Assembly: GCA_027923505.1 (NCBI GenBank)
Contig: BROI01000018.1
Location: forward strand, 558,001-622,000
Length of the DNA stretch: 64,000 bases
From: Mayamaea pseudoterrestris
Taxonomy: Eukaryota
Direction of reading: 5' to 3'
Positions 43,450 through 54,478 of the stretch are shown here, piece after piece. The notes below the pieces were generated by a model that was not told where the DNA came from, did no database searches, and was given only the letters and a program-made list of their open reading frames with translations. A program made the translations under genes and the position numbers. How positions within the stretch are numbered: position 1 is the first letter of the stretch; each line of letters starts with the position of its first letter.

Positions 43450-44451
43450 ATGGCATCGCTTCGAATAACTCGATCAGTCTCTAGGACGAGCCTTGTCCGT
43501 CGCCTTACAAGTGAGCGATACACGATGCTACCTTGCATAGCCGCTCGCACGGCAATGACGACTCGCCAATCGTCTTCAACGAAGCAAAACATTCTTCCGT
43601 CAATATCTGCAGCCTCTCATGATACGATACATACGAAACCAAATGCCTCAAATACAGCTGCGTCCGACGTTTTCTTTGACAATCTCGGCAAAATATTCCT
43701 GGCTGCCATTGGCTTGCTCGTGGCGACGCTCGTGAGAAGCTACATGGGAACCAATGGCCGCAATCGAATGCGCGAGCTCCTGATGGAGCAAGCCAGTTTG
43801 GATCCATTGGAAATTGAAGATCTGCGAGTCGCTAACTCGGAATTTGATTTGCCAGTCTTTCACGAAATTATAAAGGAATTGGAGGAAGCCTTTCCGCATC
43901 AGACGTCAATCACCTACTCGGAGTTTGTCAATCAAGTTCGACAGACCATGAAGCGGTTAAAGGGAGATGCGTTTACAATTCAGCTTGGACATTTACTGGA
44001 TCGCGTCGTTTTAGAAATTCAGCAGGATCAAGGACGGAGCAGTCAAGATCCGGAACCGATTGCCTTGTGGATGACGGTCCTTTCACTTGCCTTGTACTCG
44101 CCCGTCCCTGAGCGTATGCAGGCACTTTTTCAAGTCATGCAGGCGACTGCATCATCGAATAATGATGTAAATGGCAGCGACTCGTCATCGACTGGACCTG
44201 CGGTCGTTACCATGCAGGACGTCCGCGCAATGGTCGGATACTTGCAATGCTCGCACCAACTTGTTCCTGACGCGCAAGTTGTAGCTACTGACGAAAAATT
44301 TCCCATTCAAAAGTACGCCAAGGGCAAACCGGAAGACTTGTTCGAATGGGATGGCAACGAGACGGATGAGATTGACGTTGATGCTTTTGCCGATGTGCTT
44401 CGAAGTACCGCAGTGTGCGCTTGGGGTGAGTGCTACCATCGCAGAAAGTGA
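43450..44451 (+). CDS. Hypothetical single-TM protein with mitochondrial-type presequence and EF-hand-like segments
   Basis: R/S/T-rich leader MASLRITRSVSR, TM KIFLAAIGLLVATLV, and ITYSEFV and DGNETDEIDVDAF loops. Confidence 0.65.
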   Translation: MASLRITRSVSRTSLVRRLTSERYTMLPCIAARTAMTTRQSSSTKQNILPSISAASHDTIHTKPNASNTAASDVFFDNLGKIFLAAIGLLVATLVRSYMGTNGRNRMRELLMEQASLDPLEIEDLRVANSEFDLPVFHEIIKELEEAFPHQTSITYSEFVNQVRQTMKRLKGDAFTIQLGHLLDRVVLEIQQDQGRSSQDPEPIALWMTVLSLALYSPVPERMQALFQVMQATASSNNDVNGSDSSSTGPAVVTMQDVRAMVGYLQCSHQLVPDAQVVATDEKFPIQKYAKGKPEDLFEWDGNETDEIDVDAFADVLRSTAVCAWGECYHRRK

Positions 44452-44577
44452 CAGGAATGGTACAGTAATAAACTTGTCGAAAAAGACCATAATGTAAACA
44501 AAAGGTTTTATGACACATGGTAGTTCGTATAGCTTGAAAATTGTTCAAAACCGAGCAAATCCAGCCTTGGTTGAGCA

Positions 44578-46221
44578 TTACTTTATCGTTTCCTTGTCCG
44601 ATGGACCATTCGTCGCCGTCAAGTTGCCGATGATTGCCAAAGTAATGGCAACGACGGTCAAGACTAATAGAACATAGAGTGACATGAGCTCCTTACGCGC
44701 TGTATTGAACCATCCCGAATACACAGCGATTGATCCGTCCTTCTTGTAATCGCGAACAACATGGATTGCCAGCAGAATGGGTAGCAAAAAGGCAACGAGC
44801 GCCGTAAAAACAATTCCACCCCAGCTGAGCAGCTTCGTAACGGCGCCTCCGTCAGTTAAAAACCAAGAAACAAAGTGCGGCAAAAAGACTGCCAGGAGGT
44901 TTGCTTGTTTCGACGAGCAGAGTCCACTTCCGGTGAGGTTAAGTCTAGCCAAGACACTAAACAGCGGACTGCCAAGTCCAATAATCGCAAGCGCAAAGAT
45001 GCTTGACCCAAGCTGCATTGACGTTCCAAACGCACCCGACATCATACTTTCCAGCATGTTCTCCGATACGTTCGGCATGGCGAGGCAACCTAGCAATCCA
45101 ACAGCCACATAGAGAATAGTAGACATGACGCTGCTGACGTGAATAACTTTTGCGACTGGAACATGCGGCTCCCGCTCGTACAACCAGGCTGGAATGGCAA
45201 TTACCAATGCAAAGTTAAACACAACGACGCCAAACAAGTCATCCCAGTTTGTTCCCATCCATGACGTATTACGCAGCGAAAGGTTTGGCGTCAAGGCAAA
45301 CTGAATGACAAACTGCAGACTTGTCGCTAGTAGGACGACAAAGCCAACCACTTGCCACCATGCATTATCCTTCAAATCCATGAGCGCCAATGGTAGAATG
45401 ACGCCGGAAGCGATAAGATTGCCCATGGTAATGAGAATGCCACTTTCGATTGTTTCCTTGAGAAAGGGCAGGCAAAGTCCCTCGTGCATTTGCTCGTCTG
45501 AACATTGCGTATAGTCCCACTGCACCCACTTCAAATCTGCTGCTGTCAATCCATTGATTTGCAAGGCATGCGTCTGCATCCAATGTCCGCAAAAGGTATC
45601 TACGACTTGCGAAACATCGACAATGCTACTAATGTTCAAGCACGTTATACAGCATAGGAACAAGCCTTGTGTTGCGAGAAACCATTTCGGACCCCAAAAA
45701 AATCGAAAGGCTTCGGAATATTCAATCTCCTTAGCGAAAGTGTCATTACCAGGAACTTTGCTGATTGTATTGGCCATGTGAAGGCAGCAAAATGCGGATA
45801 GTAGACAGACAAAAATCAATGTAAAAATGGTTGGTAGAATGCCAGATCGCGAAAAGGTAGCAGGTAAGTTGAGCATAGCTGGACCCGTTAGTGAATTGAC
45901 TGCAATACTAATGCTTCCAAGCGTTCCTATCTTGCCGACATGCCGGTCATAGAGTCGTTGCAAGTGTTGTGACAACTGACGAAACAGTGTTGGGCGAGGA
46001 GATGATGACGCGAATGATATGGTACGAGTAGATTCCAAGGCGCCACCATTCTCATCTCGAAAATGTACGTGATTCGAATAATGGCAATCTCCATTTCCCG
46101 CTTCTTGGTCGTTCAATTTGGATTCTATTGGTAATAGACAACTCGTTTCGGTAGCTGTCGTAGCAATGCCATTGGATAAAGTTGACGAAGGATTGGAATT
46201 GTTAATGAATGACGGAAGCAT
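44578..46221 (-). CDS. Amino-acid/auxin permease (Aa_trans, APC superfamily) transporter
   Basis: About 11 hydrophobic segments. First-helix signature VNSLTGPAMLNLPATFSRSG. Confidence 0.8.
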   Translation of the reverse strand: MLPSFINNSNPSSTLSNGIATTATETSCLLPIESKLNDQEAGNGDCHYSNHVHFRDENGGALESTRTISFASSSPRPTLFRQLSQHLQRLYDRHVGKIGTLGSISIAVNSLTGPAMLNLPATFSRSGILPTIFTLIFVCLLSAFCCLHMANTISKVPGNDTFAKEIEYSEAFRFFWGPKWFLATQGLFLCCITCLNISSIVDVSQVVDTFCGHWMQTHALQINGLTAADLKWVQWDYTQCSDEQMHEGLCLPFLKETIESGILITMGNLIASGVILPLALMDLKDNAWWQVVGFVVLLATSLQFVIQFALTPNLSLRNTSWMGTNWDDLFGVVVFNFALVIAIPAWLYEREPHVPVAKVIHVSSVMSTILYVAVGLLGCLAMPNVSENMLESMMSGAFGTSMQLGSSIFALAIIGLGSPLFSVLARLNLTGSGLCSSKQANLLAVFLPHFVSWFLTDGGAVTKLLSWGGIVFTALVAFLLPILLAIHVVRDYKKDGSIAVYSGWFNTARKELMSLYVLLVLTVVAITLAIIGNLTATNGPSDKETIK

Positions 46222-46827
46222 GATGGAGTAAAAGGGTGCCTGAAGCTACCACGCAGTATCAGTTTTTATATGATCGGCTTGTCTCGTCAACGAGCTTTAA
46301 CCCAGTACAGTATGCATCGCTCACTACTGGCGATGGTTTGGTGTTGGAAATGGAGGGAAATCGACGTGTGCACAAGGAAAAAATGGATGTCGTTGGAACG
46401 AAACGTTGCACATGTCGTAGCGGTACAACACTTAATCGTTTTCAAAAATACTATGGGCATAAACAGTAGTCACAAGAAAATGTCGTTGCAGTTGAAGTCA
46501 GTCGTGCGTCCGTTGTACAGAACCATCGAATCACACTCACACTTCGACCATGGAGGAAGCCAAGCGCTTACCCTGCGTCGCTATAACCATGAATTTACAA
46601 ACAAACGTTTTTCACTCAAATCTGGTAGCACCTCTAACGACGCTGCAGTTGAAACATGTGCAATGGCGATACAGAGGTGCGGAACGCAGACCGGTTAGTC
46701 ACGGAGCTCGCTAGTGGTTTCCGCTCACGACTGCTCCCCGAGAAACGCTCAAACGTTCACACAATTAAAAAAGCGTCCAAGGCACATCGCTCCAGCACTA
46801 CTACTATATCAAATTATTACTGTCACA

Positions 46828-47524
46828 ATGCTATATCAACGACTATTCCATAATGCCGCAACTCCTCTTGCCAAGATCAATCCCTTTGGTGGATCAGCGG
46901 TACGTTCAGTGTTAACAGAATGAAAGGAAGCAAGCGAAAGCAACTACACGATCGTTCACTCACGACATCTTCTCCCATTTACAGACTACAATCCAGCCAT
47001 GGGCTTTGAAGCAGGCCGCGTCGGTCTTTCCGCAACAGACGCAGACGATGCAGCATCAGCCGCATCAGTTGTATGCGCAAGTACCGACACCATGGGCCAA
47101 TTCGCAGCAGTCCATGACACCATGGACGCAGCCGCACACCGTTTGGGCTTTCAAAACGTCCGCGTTGGTGATTCAGCCTACTCCAGTCTCTGAGCAGCAG
47201 CAGCCGCCAAGACAAGTGCCGCAATGGACGCAGGCTCAGCCAGTCTTTCACCGGAACAGCTACTACAGGCAGATCCACTACCGGCCACAGCAGCCAGTCC
47301 GAGTGCCATTTTCTTTCCATGGGGCGCAAATATTGACGTCAACCTTTACGGCGTCATCTGCTACCTTCACATCGCCCTTTGGAGCGCCGCTTTTCGTTCC
47401 ACAGCCGATCCATGTGCAAGCTTCCAACGCATTGGATGTCGTCATGATGGATACCAGCGATGACGACGACGACGTGGAAATGATTGATGCGTGCGATTTA
47501 ATGGATTGGAAAGTCTTGGCGTAG
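46828..47524 (+). CDS. Small Q/P-rich orphan protein; exons 46828-46899 and 46985-47524 (~203 aa)
   Basis: Phase-0 intron GTACGT..CTCAC..TTTACAG (46900-46984) links MLYQRLFHNAATPLAKINPFGGSA to the Q/P-rich ORF. Confidence 0.55.
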
Positions 47525-47871
47525 ACGACTGCTCACTGTATGTGGCGAATACTGCATACAGCGGGGTCAAAGTTGACGAGACGAATGGGAGGAGGCTACA
47601 TAAACTGGACGAAAGATGATACATGCAAAAAAGCTTGCCGCAAACAAAAGCATAACACAAGAGAAAGATTGAGCTCGCTGCTGGTACTTGAGACGACGCT
47701 ACGTTTCGTACCAGGCTGCCGGTCACGCTGCAGGTGAAAACACGTTGTTTCACCAGCGCGAGACGGCGCCCCATAAAACTATCAGATGATGCTCTCTTTA
47801 AAAAATAAAACACAAAGCAAAACAATTAATTTAGCAAGCACAAGTTATATCAATTTGTGGTGTTCACCTAC

Positions 47872-49419
47872 CTAGGTAGGGCGAGTAGATGCATCGACAA
47901 CATCGTTATTCTCGTCGCTCTTGATTTTTCTCACAAAGGCAGCCAGTCGCGTCATGAGCTCATCAACTCCTTGCGACTCTTTGGCACTGATCCACATGAG
48001 ACGTGAGTGTGGCATGACCTGTTGCAATTGCACTTGTAGTTCCTCGCGCGTCAGTCTGACCTTGAGTCCACTTTCCCATTCCTCACCGCCGTCGGATGCA
48101 CCATTTCCATCCTCCAGCGCATCCAACTTGTTAACAACGACCACTTGTGGCATGGTAGCTAGCTGCCCCGTACCATAATTGACGAGTTCGCGATTGAGCA
48201 TCAAATAATCGGCAATTGGGTCGTTGGATGTGACGTCAATCAGATGCAAAATCAAATGACAGCGTTCCACGTGCCGCAAAAAGGCATGGCCGAGTCCAAC
48301 GCCCTGCGACGCACCAGCAATTAAACCAGGAACATCGCACAGAACCAATCCATTGGATCCACTTCCTCCGTTCTCATAGTCATCTTCCATGTACGTTTCT
48401 GCCGGCACCCATACTCCTAAATTAGGAATCACCGTTGTAAAGGGATAGTTGGCAATCTTTGGTTTGGCGCGCGTCACGGCCGCTAATAGTGTGCTCTTGC
48501 CAGCATTGGGAACAGCGACGAGGGCAACGTCAGCGACAATCTTGAGCGTCAGGAGTAACTTGCGGCGCTGGCCACCCGTGGCGGCTTGTCGTGGTCGCTT
48601 GACGCCTCGACCACTCTTCAGCAAAACGGCAGTTCCCTCTCCGCCAAGTCCACCGCGGGCAGCAACAAAGGATGAGTTCTCGTCAGCTGTTAGTGTCGTT
48701 AGTGGCACCAGTCGGCCGTCCTCCAATACTTGCTGCAGGACAGTTCCAGGAGGCACTCTGACAATGACATTCTTTCCGCCGCGTCCACTTTGACATCGCG
48801 ACTGTCCGTCCTGTCCATTCTCGGCCCGAAAGGACTTGATACGGTTATTGCTGCTTTGACCATTGCCTCCTCCTGCCGCCGCTCCAGATCCTCCGAATGA
48901 GTTGGGCCGCCAAGCATTTGACAGGCCAGCAAGAGTGTTCAACGAAGGGTCCACCTGCAGAATGACATTGCCACCATGACCTCCATTGCCACCATCTGGC
49001 GGGCCTTGCTGCTTGGAACTTGAGGATGCTCCAGGACGTTGCTGATAGGCTGTGGAGCCTTGGCCTCCGGCTCCAGCTCGCACCAAAATGGTGGCTTGGT
49101 CAAAGAAGGAGTATTCACTGATTGGGTCCATCGTCAAGGAGGATGCTGCAGGCTCGTCGGAGGTAGATGGATCTACTCGTCTTGCTTCGTACGTCAGATC
49201 TTGCAAAGGAACATTTGGAGAATAGTAAATGGCGTCGTCTGCGTCGTCTTGTTGCTGTATTATAATGTCATCGGCTGAGGGCAAGCTTTCGAGCCGAAAA
49301 GAAGATCGAGGCAGAGAATTCCTTATTCCTTCTTGCGCGCGAAAGGCCGATGACGCGGAACAAAGCAAGATCACTATCCCTATTCGGTGTCGGCATCTTG
49401 CGTGACTAGCGTGCGGCAT
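47872..49419 (-). CDS. obg: Obg/CgtA GTPase, probably plastid-targeted
   Basis: Gly-rich Obg fold (FFDQATILVRAGAGG, GPPDGGNGGHGG), PNAGKST, KIANYPFTT, DVPGL, GLGHAFLRHVERC, NKLD and ISAK. Leader ending SSA-FR. Confidence 0.93.
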   Translation of the reverse strand: MPHASHARCRHRIGIVILLCSASSAFRAQEGIRNSLPRSSFRLESLPSADDIIIQQQDDADDAIYYSPNVPLQDLTYEARRVDPSTSDEPAASSLTMDPISEYSFFDQATILVRAGAGGQGSTAYQQRPGASSSSKQQGPPDGGNGGHGGNVILQVDPSLNTLAGLSNAWRPNSFGGSGAAAGGGNGQSSNNRIKSFRAENGQDGQSRCQSGRGGKNVIVRVPPGTVLQQVLEDGRLVPLTTLTADENSSFVAARGGLGGEGTAVLLKSGRGVKRPRQAATGGQRRKLLLTLKIVADVALVAVPNAGKSTLLAAVTRAKPKIANYPFTTVIPNLGVWVPAETYMEDDYENGGSGSNGLVLCDVPGLIAGASQGVGLGHAFLRHVERCHLILHLIDVTSNDPIADYLMLNRELVNYGTGQLATMPQVVVVNKLDALEDGNGASDGGEEWESGLKVRLTREELQVQLQQVMPHSRLMWISAKESQGVDELMTRLAAFVRKIKSDENNDVVDASTRPT

Positions 49420-49699
49420 TTGATCGATCGTTGGCTTATGGTCGACCGCCGGAACAGAATTTGTTGTCGGTCGTCAAACGAAATGAGATGCGCGAGATTG
49501 TGCTTGGCTTTGAATCAAGTCGTGGTCCGACAGGAGAACCGGTGCGTCAGCAACTACCTTGATCATAGTAACCAATGAATTCTGGTATTGCTTTGGACAA
49601 CAATAGGATTTACACTCGCATCACACGTCGAAACAGTCCAGCACGACAAAGTTACAAATGTAATCGATAACTGTTATATTCACAATTCAGTAAAGTACT

Positions 49700-49880
49700 T
49701 TACCGCTGCCACCAGCTTGAGTGCCGCCGCCTCGAGTCACTCCGCCGCGGGCTAACGTGTCCACCGCCACCAGCTCCAGTCAGTGCAACCGCAGGCTACC
49801 GTGTCTGCCGCCGCCAGCTTGAGTGCCACCGCCTTGAGTCGCGCCACTCCAATCCCTTGCGACGCTCCGCCGCGGGCGTT
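49700..49880. repeat. Degenerate GC-rich ~100-bp tandem duplication
   Basis: CCAGCTTGAGTGCC(G/A)CCGCCT(C/T)GAGTC at ~49712 and ~49814. CTCCGCCGCGGGC also occurs twice. Confidence 0.6.
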
Positions 49881-50415
49881 TGGTGTTTGCCAGTCAACAG
49901 GACGGTCATGTCGACGATCAACAGAAGTTCCATGTCCAAAGTTTGTTTTGTGATAGACTCTTAGTGGGAAAGCCCCGGCACCACGTCAAGGTGGTCTATC
50001 TTCGCCAGGGGAGAAACGTGGGTTCGGCAAGAAGTGTCGAAGGGGACTCGTGATTGATAATTGCAAGCGCTAGTCTCACAGCTTGCGTTGGAGGCGACAG
50101 GTCCGGGAGCCACTTTCGTAGCTATTACGTAACTGCGCGCAAAACCGTCCGGACGCCTCCCAGCTGTGTGACACCTGCCAACATTTACTTGTCACTTGCC
50201 ACACCCAGTTCCGCTCGATCCACGATCAGAGCCGCCAAATTTATAAGTGCTTGCTCGAATAGGTGAATCGTCCAGCCGAGGCCAAAGTAGACTCCATTCA
50301 GACTAATGATCTAAGAAAGCTGGAAAGGATTAATCCTAGCAAGCAGACCCAACCACCAGAATCATTCGAACAAGTGTGCACCAGCAATCGACGCATGGAT
50401 TGCAACGTTGCGACT

Positions 50416-50470
50416 GGACTATCCCCAATGGACTTTTCCCCGATGGACTATACCCAATGGACCCTCCCCT
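50416..50470. repeat. 14-bp imperfect minisatellite x4 (GGACTATCCCCAAT)
   Basis: ggactatccccaat ggacttttccccgat ggactatacccaat ggaccctcccc. Confidence 0.7.
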
Positions 50471-51256
50471 ACTCCAAGCCCAAAGAACTCAGAGGTTGCC
50501 AGAACCGACCGGCTAAGACAAAGGGGTGTGACAGTTACTTGATGTATAAAGGGTTATACCTCCCAATGGGCATGCTGCACTAAAACCAATGGCCTTTCCA
50601 CGCTGCGTTACCGGCAATGTACTCAGCTAAGCAACTGTGAGACGATCAATCGATCCGCATCGGCATCGGCACTCATTTCGAGTTTTAGTACGGCGGTAAG
50701 TTGAGACAACACGTAAAACTCACAACGGTACTCGTGTCACACCGTTACCCTCTGATCATTGATCGGATTTCTCCAATTCTACCTACCGGTATGGCAGGCA
50801 CTGAGACAACGCTCGTCATCACCAATCCAGGAACGAGACGATAGAACTAGCTAACTAGTTGGTTGACACTTCACAAATTGATGGATGCTACCATGATTTT
50901 CCTACCGTTTGAAACAGTCGCAGGTGCACCATTTCAAAAGCGGATCCAATTTGTATATGATTATACTTTAAATTCACGCAAACTACTTGCGAAGGAGCTC
51001 GATGTCGTTAACCCATCTTCACCAGCATTATTCTGCTCATCTCCATCGTCTTTATTTTCCATCATCGTCACCGTTGCCGTCCCCATCTTTCTGCGCAGAC
51101 AGAAGAATCGTTGTTCCGTGGTGCTGCATGACCATATGGTGACCGATACGAAAAAGAAAGTTCAGCCGGACGCATTCATCTGGCGCAACTGCGATGGACA
51201 AGAATGCCACAGTACTACGGGCCGGCAGAAAGCCTAGCGCAGAAAATAATGAAGCA

Positions 51257-53935
51257 TCATGTTGAGGTGACGATATCAGCTTCTCGAAACCCCTCCGGCC
51301 GATGGTCAATCCCACTCAAAATACAAGCGAGCTCTTCCCGGCTATTGGGCCGTTCAATCACGGCATCGAATCCGACCGGAACATGCACCAAGTGAATTTT
51401 GTCACTGGGCTGACGTGTGCGAATCCCCTTGCCCATGAGCAACAGGCTCCGCTGCCGGTGCACACGATACTTCTGCTCCCACTCGCGAAAGTGATCGAAA
51501 CCTTCCTGCGACCCGTTGATTTCTGGCTGCAAACTTGTATCCATCATGACTGAGTCCCAGTTGCGAGCCTTGAGTAGATGCATCACTTCCATCCAGCTAT
51601 GAGCAATTGATACTTGCCACTCTATATTCAAATCAAGATTGTCGTGCATTTCGAATACATTGTCACCATCTGATCCAATGGCAAAGAGACAAGCTTTCTT
51701 GGTAGAATGCATGGAACAGGTTGGCAACTTCAACTCGGGCAACTGTCGCTTCGTGGCCTTTTGGGGCGGCTTGGACAAGGAATCGTCTAGTGATGTTGAG
51801 AAAAGCGTTGCTTTCTTCTCGGTCCTGCTAGCATCTACAGTGGATGCTGTCAAATCCCTGAGTTGCTTCAAGTCGTTCAGACTGAGAGGCTTGGATCGGT
51901 AATGAGTCATACCATGAAGCAGCCCTCGATCGACATCATGGGGACTGGCATGAGCCGACATGCCACATATGACTTGATTGTAGCTAGGGCGATTCTTCTT
52001 TTCCCACTGACGAAAGGCACGGACGCAATCCATGCCATCCATTACTGGCATCAAAAAGTCGAGCAGGACAAGATCATACGTATGCTCCTTCATGCACTGA
52101 AGGCCATCCATGCCATCGGCAGCCTGGTGAACAATATCATAACCAAGCTGTTCGAGTGCCCGACAAAGCATCTTGCGCATAATGACGGAGTCATCAATGA
52201 CCAATGCTCGCTTGCGACATTCGGGTGCAGCAGGTGGCTTGGCATTCACCATCTCTTCGTATTCGCACTTGTTGTCAGGATGAGTGAGCTCACCGGGCAG
52301 CAAAAGTGGTATGGCGAACCAAAATGTGATTTCGGTCGATGCTGTATTGTTGGCAACACCAAATGATCCACCAAGTGACCGAAGTTGGACAGCAAATGTA
52401 TCAAGACTCGGTTCATTAGCGTTGGTAGCTGGAAAACACTCCTGCATATAATGTATTTCATTGAATCCTGGCGACAGAATCCCCAGTGGCGAGGATCGTC
52501 CGTCATTGTGAATCGCTTGCACTATATCCGCTTGTACTTTCGCCGAGTAGCTACTGACAACTTGTTCGTCAAATATGGCTTCTAGATTACCACCAGCGTC
52601 ATCTTGAATTCTTCTCTTAACTTTACACTCAAAAATGAGCGCTTCATGGCCAAGCGACTCACCCGAGCGAATGACAAACTTGATTTGAGCGTGTGACGAC
52701 GATCGCTCCGCCGCATTCACCAGCAGATGCAAGCAAATGTGCAGCAACTGAACCTCGTTACCAACCCAGCAACCAGGAACCGACTCGTCAACTGATATAG
52801 ACAGGGGACCTGCACTATTCCCCATGGCGGATGGTGCTAGCTCGCTAAGCCTCTGAACGAGCTTGCTTGTAACAGTGCAAGCCGGTCCAACGTTTGTCGT
52901 CGGGTCAGCATCAACTGACTCGTCATGTCTAGACGCACTGGCGGCCATTTCTTCTTCGCTGGGCAACCGCTTCATTTTGAGTGACTCGCAAACATGCGCC
53001 ATGGTTTCTGATGAATTGGTAACTGCTTGAAAGTACTCTCGCTGCGTCTCATTCAACTTGACAAGAAACCTAGGGTCTTCGTTGAGCAAGGACATGGAAA
53101 GCTGCACCACTGAAAGCGGCGTGACCAAATCATGAGACGCGCTCGCCAATCGCCTCGCTGCCGCTTCCAATTCCTGTTGTTGCCGATGCATCTCGCGTTG
53201 ATGTACAAGCGCCTCCATGGCGAGTCGGGCAAAGTCCTTTAACGCGAGTTGATCATCATGCGACATTCCTTCCGGACGAGGCTGTACGTCCATGATGCAA
53301 AAGGTTCCTATGCTAACTCCTTCTGGTGATTTCAAAGGGCAAGCTGCATAGAAGCGAATACCATTTTCCATGGTGACATAGGGAAAATGACAGAGCCGAG
53401 GATCCTTGCTTGCGTCCGGCACCAAGTAAATTTCTTGCCGCGAAACAATCACGTGACTGCAAAAGGTGTCCTTGCGACGCATCATGTTAAACTGTTTGCC
53501 CTCCTGCGACAGAATCCAAATGCGACCAATGTCCAACAAGACGACGTTACAGATGGGAACATTAAAATACTTCTTGGCAAGCCTTGTAATGCCGTCAAAG
53601 GCGCATCCTTCCGCAATAAGTTTCTCGTAATCCAAATCTAGGTAGGACTTCAAAACCAAGAGTCTGTTCATTTCTCGTTCCACCGTCTGCTCATAGGATA
53701 CTGCACGATCAACATTGTCGATCCTCCAATCAATGTCATATTCTGGATCTGGCTCGGCATGAAAGGAGCATTCCATCGCAACAGTAGAAGAATCGTTTCG
53801 AATGACTTGAGAAAGAGCCTTGCGCAGATCATCGTTAGTCGCATAGTCAATGACGCTTCTAGGCGCTTCATTTGACGGCTGCAAGCCAAAGTCGTCGGCG
53901 CTAAGGATCGATGCTGATTTCCCTGAGTCGCTCAT
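51257..53935 (-). CDS. Hybrid histidine kinase-like protein GAF-HisKA-(degenerate HATPase)-REC-REC, paralog 1
   Basis: GAF (RLLVLKSY..TFCSHVI..DPR..IRFYAACPL..GTFCIMD), H-box ASASHDLVTPL, REC (IDDS, LLDFLMPVMDG, SA, KP), and a second degenerate REC. Confidence 0.88.
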   Translation of the reverse strand: MSDSGKSASILSADDFGLQPSNEAPRSVIDYATNDDLRKALSQVIRNDSSTVAMECSFHAEPDPEYDIDWRIDNVDRAVSYEQTVEREMNRLLVLKSYLDLDYEKLIAEGCAFDGITRLAKKYFNVPICNVVLLDIGRIWILSQEGKQFNMMRRKDTFCSHVIVSRQEIYLVPDASKDPRLCHFPYVTMENGIRFYAACPLKSPEGVSIGTFCIMDVQPRPEGMSHDDQLALKDFARLAMEALVHQREMHRQQQELEAAARRLASASHDLVTPLSVVQLSMSLLNEDPRFLVKLNETQREYFQAVTNSSETMAHVCESLKMKRLPSEEEMAASASRHDESVDADPTTNVGPACTVTSKLVQRLSELAPSAMGNSAGPLSISVDESVPGCWVGNEVQLLHICLHLLVNAAERSSSHAQIKFVIRSGESLGHEALIFECKVKRRIQDDAGGNLEAIFDEQVVSSYSAKVQADIVQAIHNDGRSSPLGILSPGFNEIHYMQECFPATNANEPSLDTFAVQLRSLGGSFGVANNTASTEITFWFAIPLLLPGELTHPDNKCEYEEMVNAKPPAAPECRKRALVIDDSVIMRKMLCRALEQLGYDIVHQAADGMDGLQCMKEHTYDLVLLDFLMPVMDGMDCVRAFRQWEKKNRPSYNQVICGMSAHASPHDVDRGLLHGMTHYRSKPLSLNDLKQLRDLTASTVDASRTEKKATLFSTSLDDSLSKPPQKATKRQLPELKLPTCSMHSTKKACLFAIGSDGDNVFEMHDNLDLNIEWQVSIAHSWMEVMHLLKARNWDSVMMDTSLQPEINGSQEGFDHFREWEQKYRVHRQRSLLLMGKGIRTRQPSDKIHLVHVPVGFDAVIERPNSREELACILSGIDHRPEGFREADIVTST

Positions 53936-54478
53936 GGTGTTTCTAGGGTAGGATTTGCAAAGTTGAGAACGATGCTGAAACGGATTGTGCTTCGCTTTTG
54001 TACCTCTACTTGACTGTGAGTTCTTGTATTTCAAAATGACTCCACAATTATCACCGCAAGTTACTCGATATCGATGTATAATGGATTGTCTGGTTGCTTA
54101 TAATCCTTGATTGGTTGATTGCTTGATCGTGCTGTCGGTTTCGGAAATAAATACTCTGGACTTGATTTGAGAGGCATCGTTGGTTGCACCCTTGCGCACC
54201 TGCCGCCATGCTGACGAGCACTTGTCCGTGTCTGACGACAGAAGAGCATCAACGGGCGTCGGAGAGTTCTCAGAACCTATTCGCGGCAATTCTTTCCGAA
54301 GCTTATGTTACGTCGAATGACGTTCAAATTAACAGTGCCCCATCAAACTTCAAGTACATGACAATGACTATACTCCGTGTAGATGAATAGTACAGTAGTT
54401 GTTGTTGACGACCATGACCCTTACCCACAATGGACCCCCATATAAATTTAACGACATTCTCAATATTCATTAAAATCT

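Noticed and set aside
3541..49419. RSH and Obg (both ppGpp-linked, plastid) in the same window as a functional cluster
   Set aside because: They are more than 40 kb apart with many unrelated genes between them, which is expected by chance in a gene-dense genome.
50525..50743. GGTGTGACA...TGTCACACC inverted pair as MITE termini
   Set aside because: Only 9 bp match and there is no target-site duplication.
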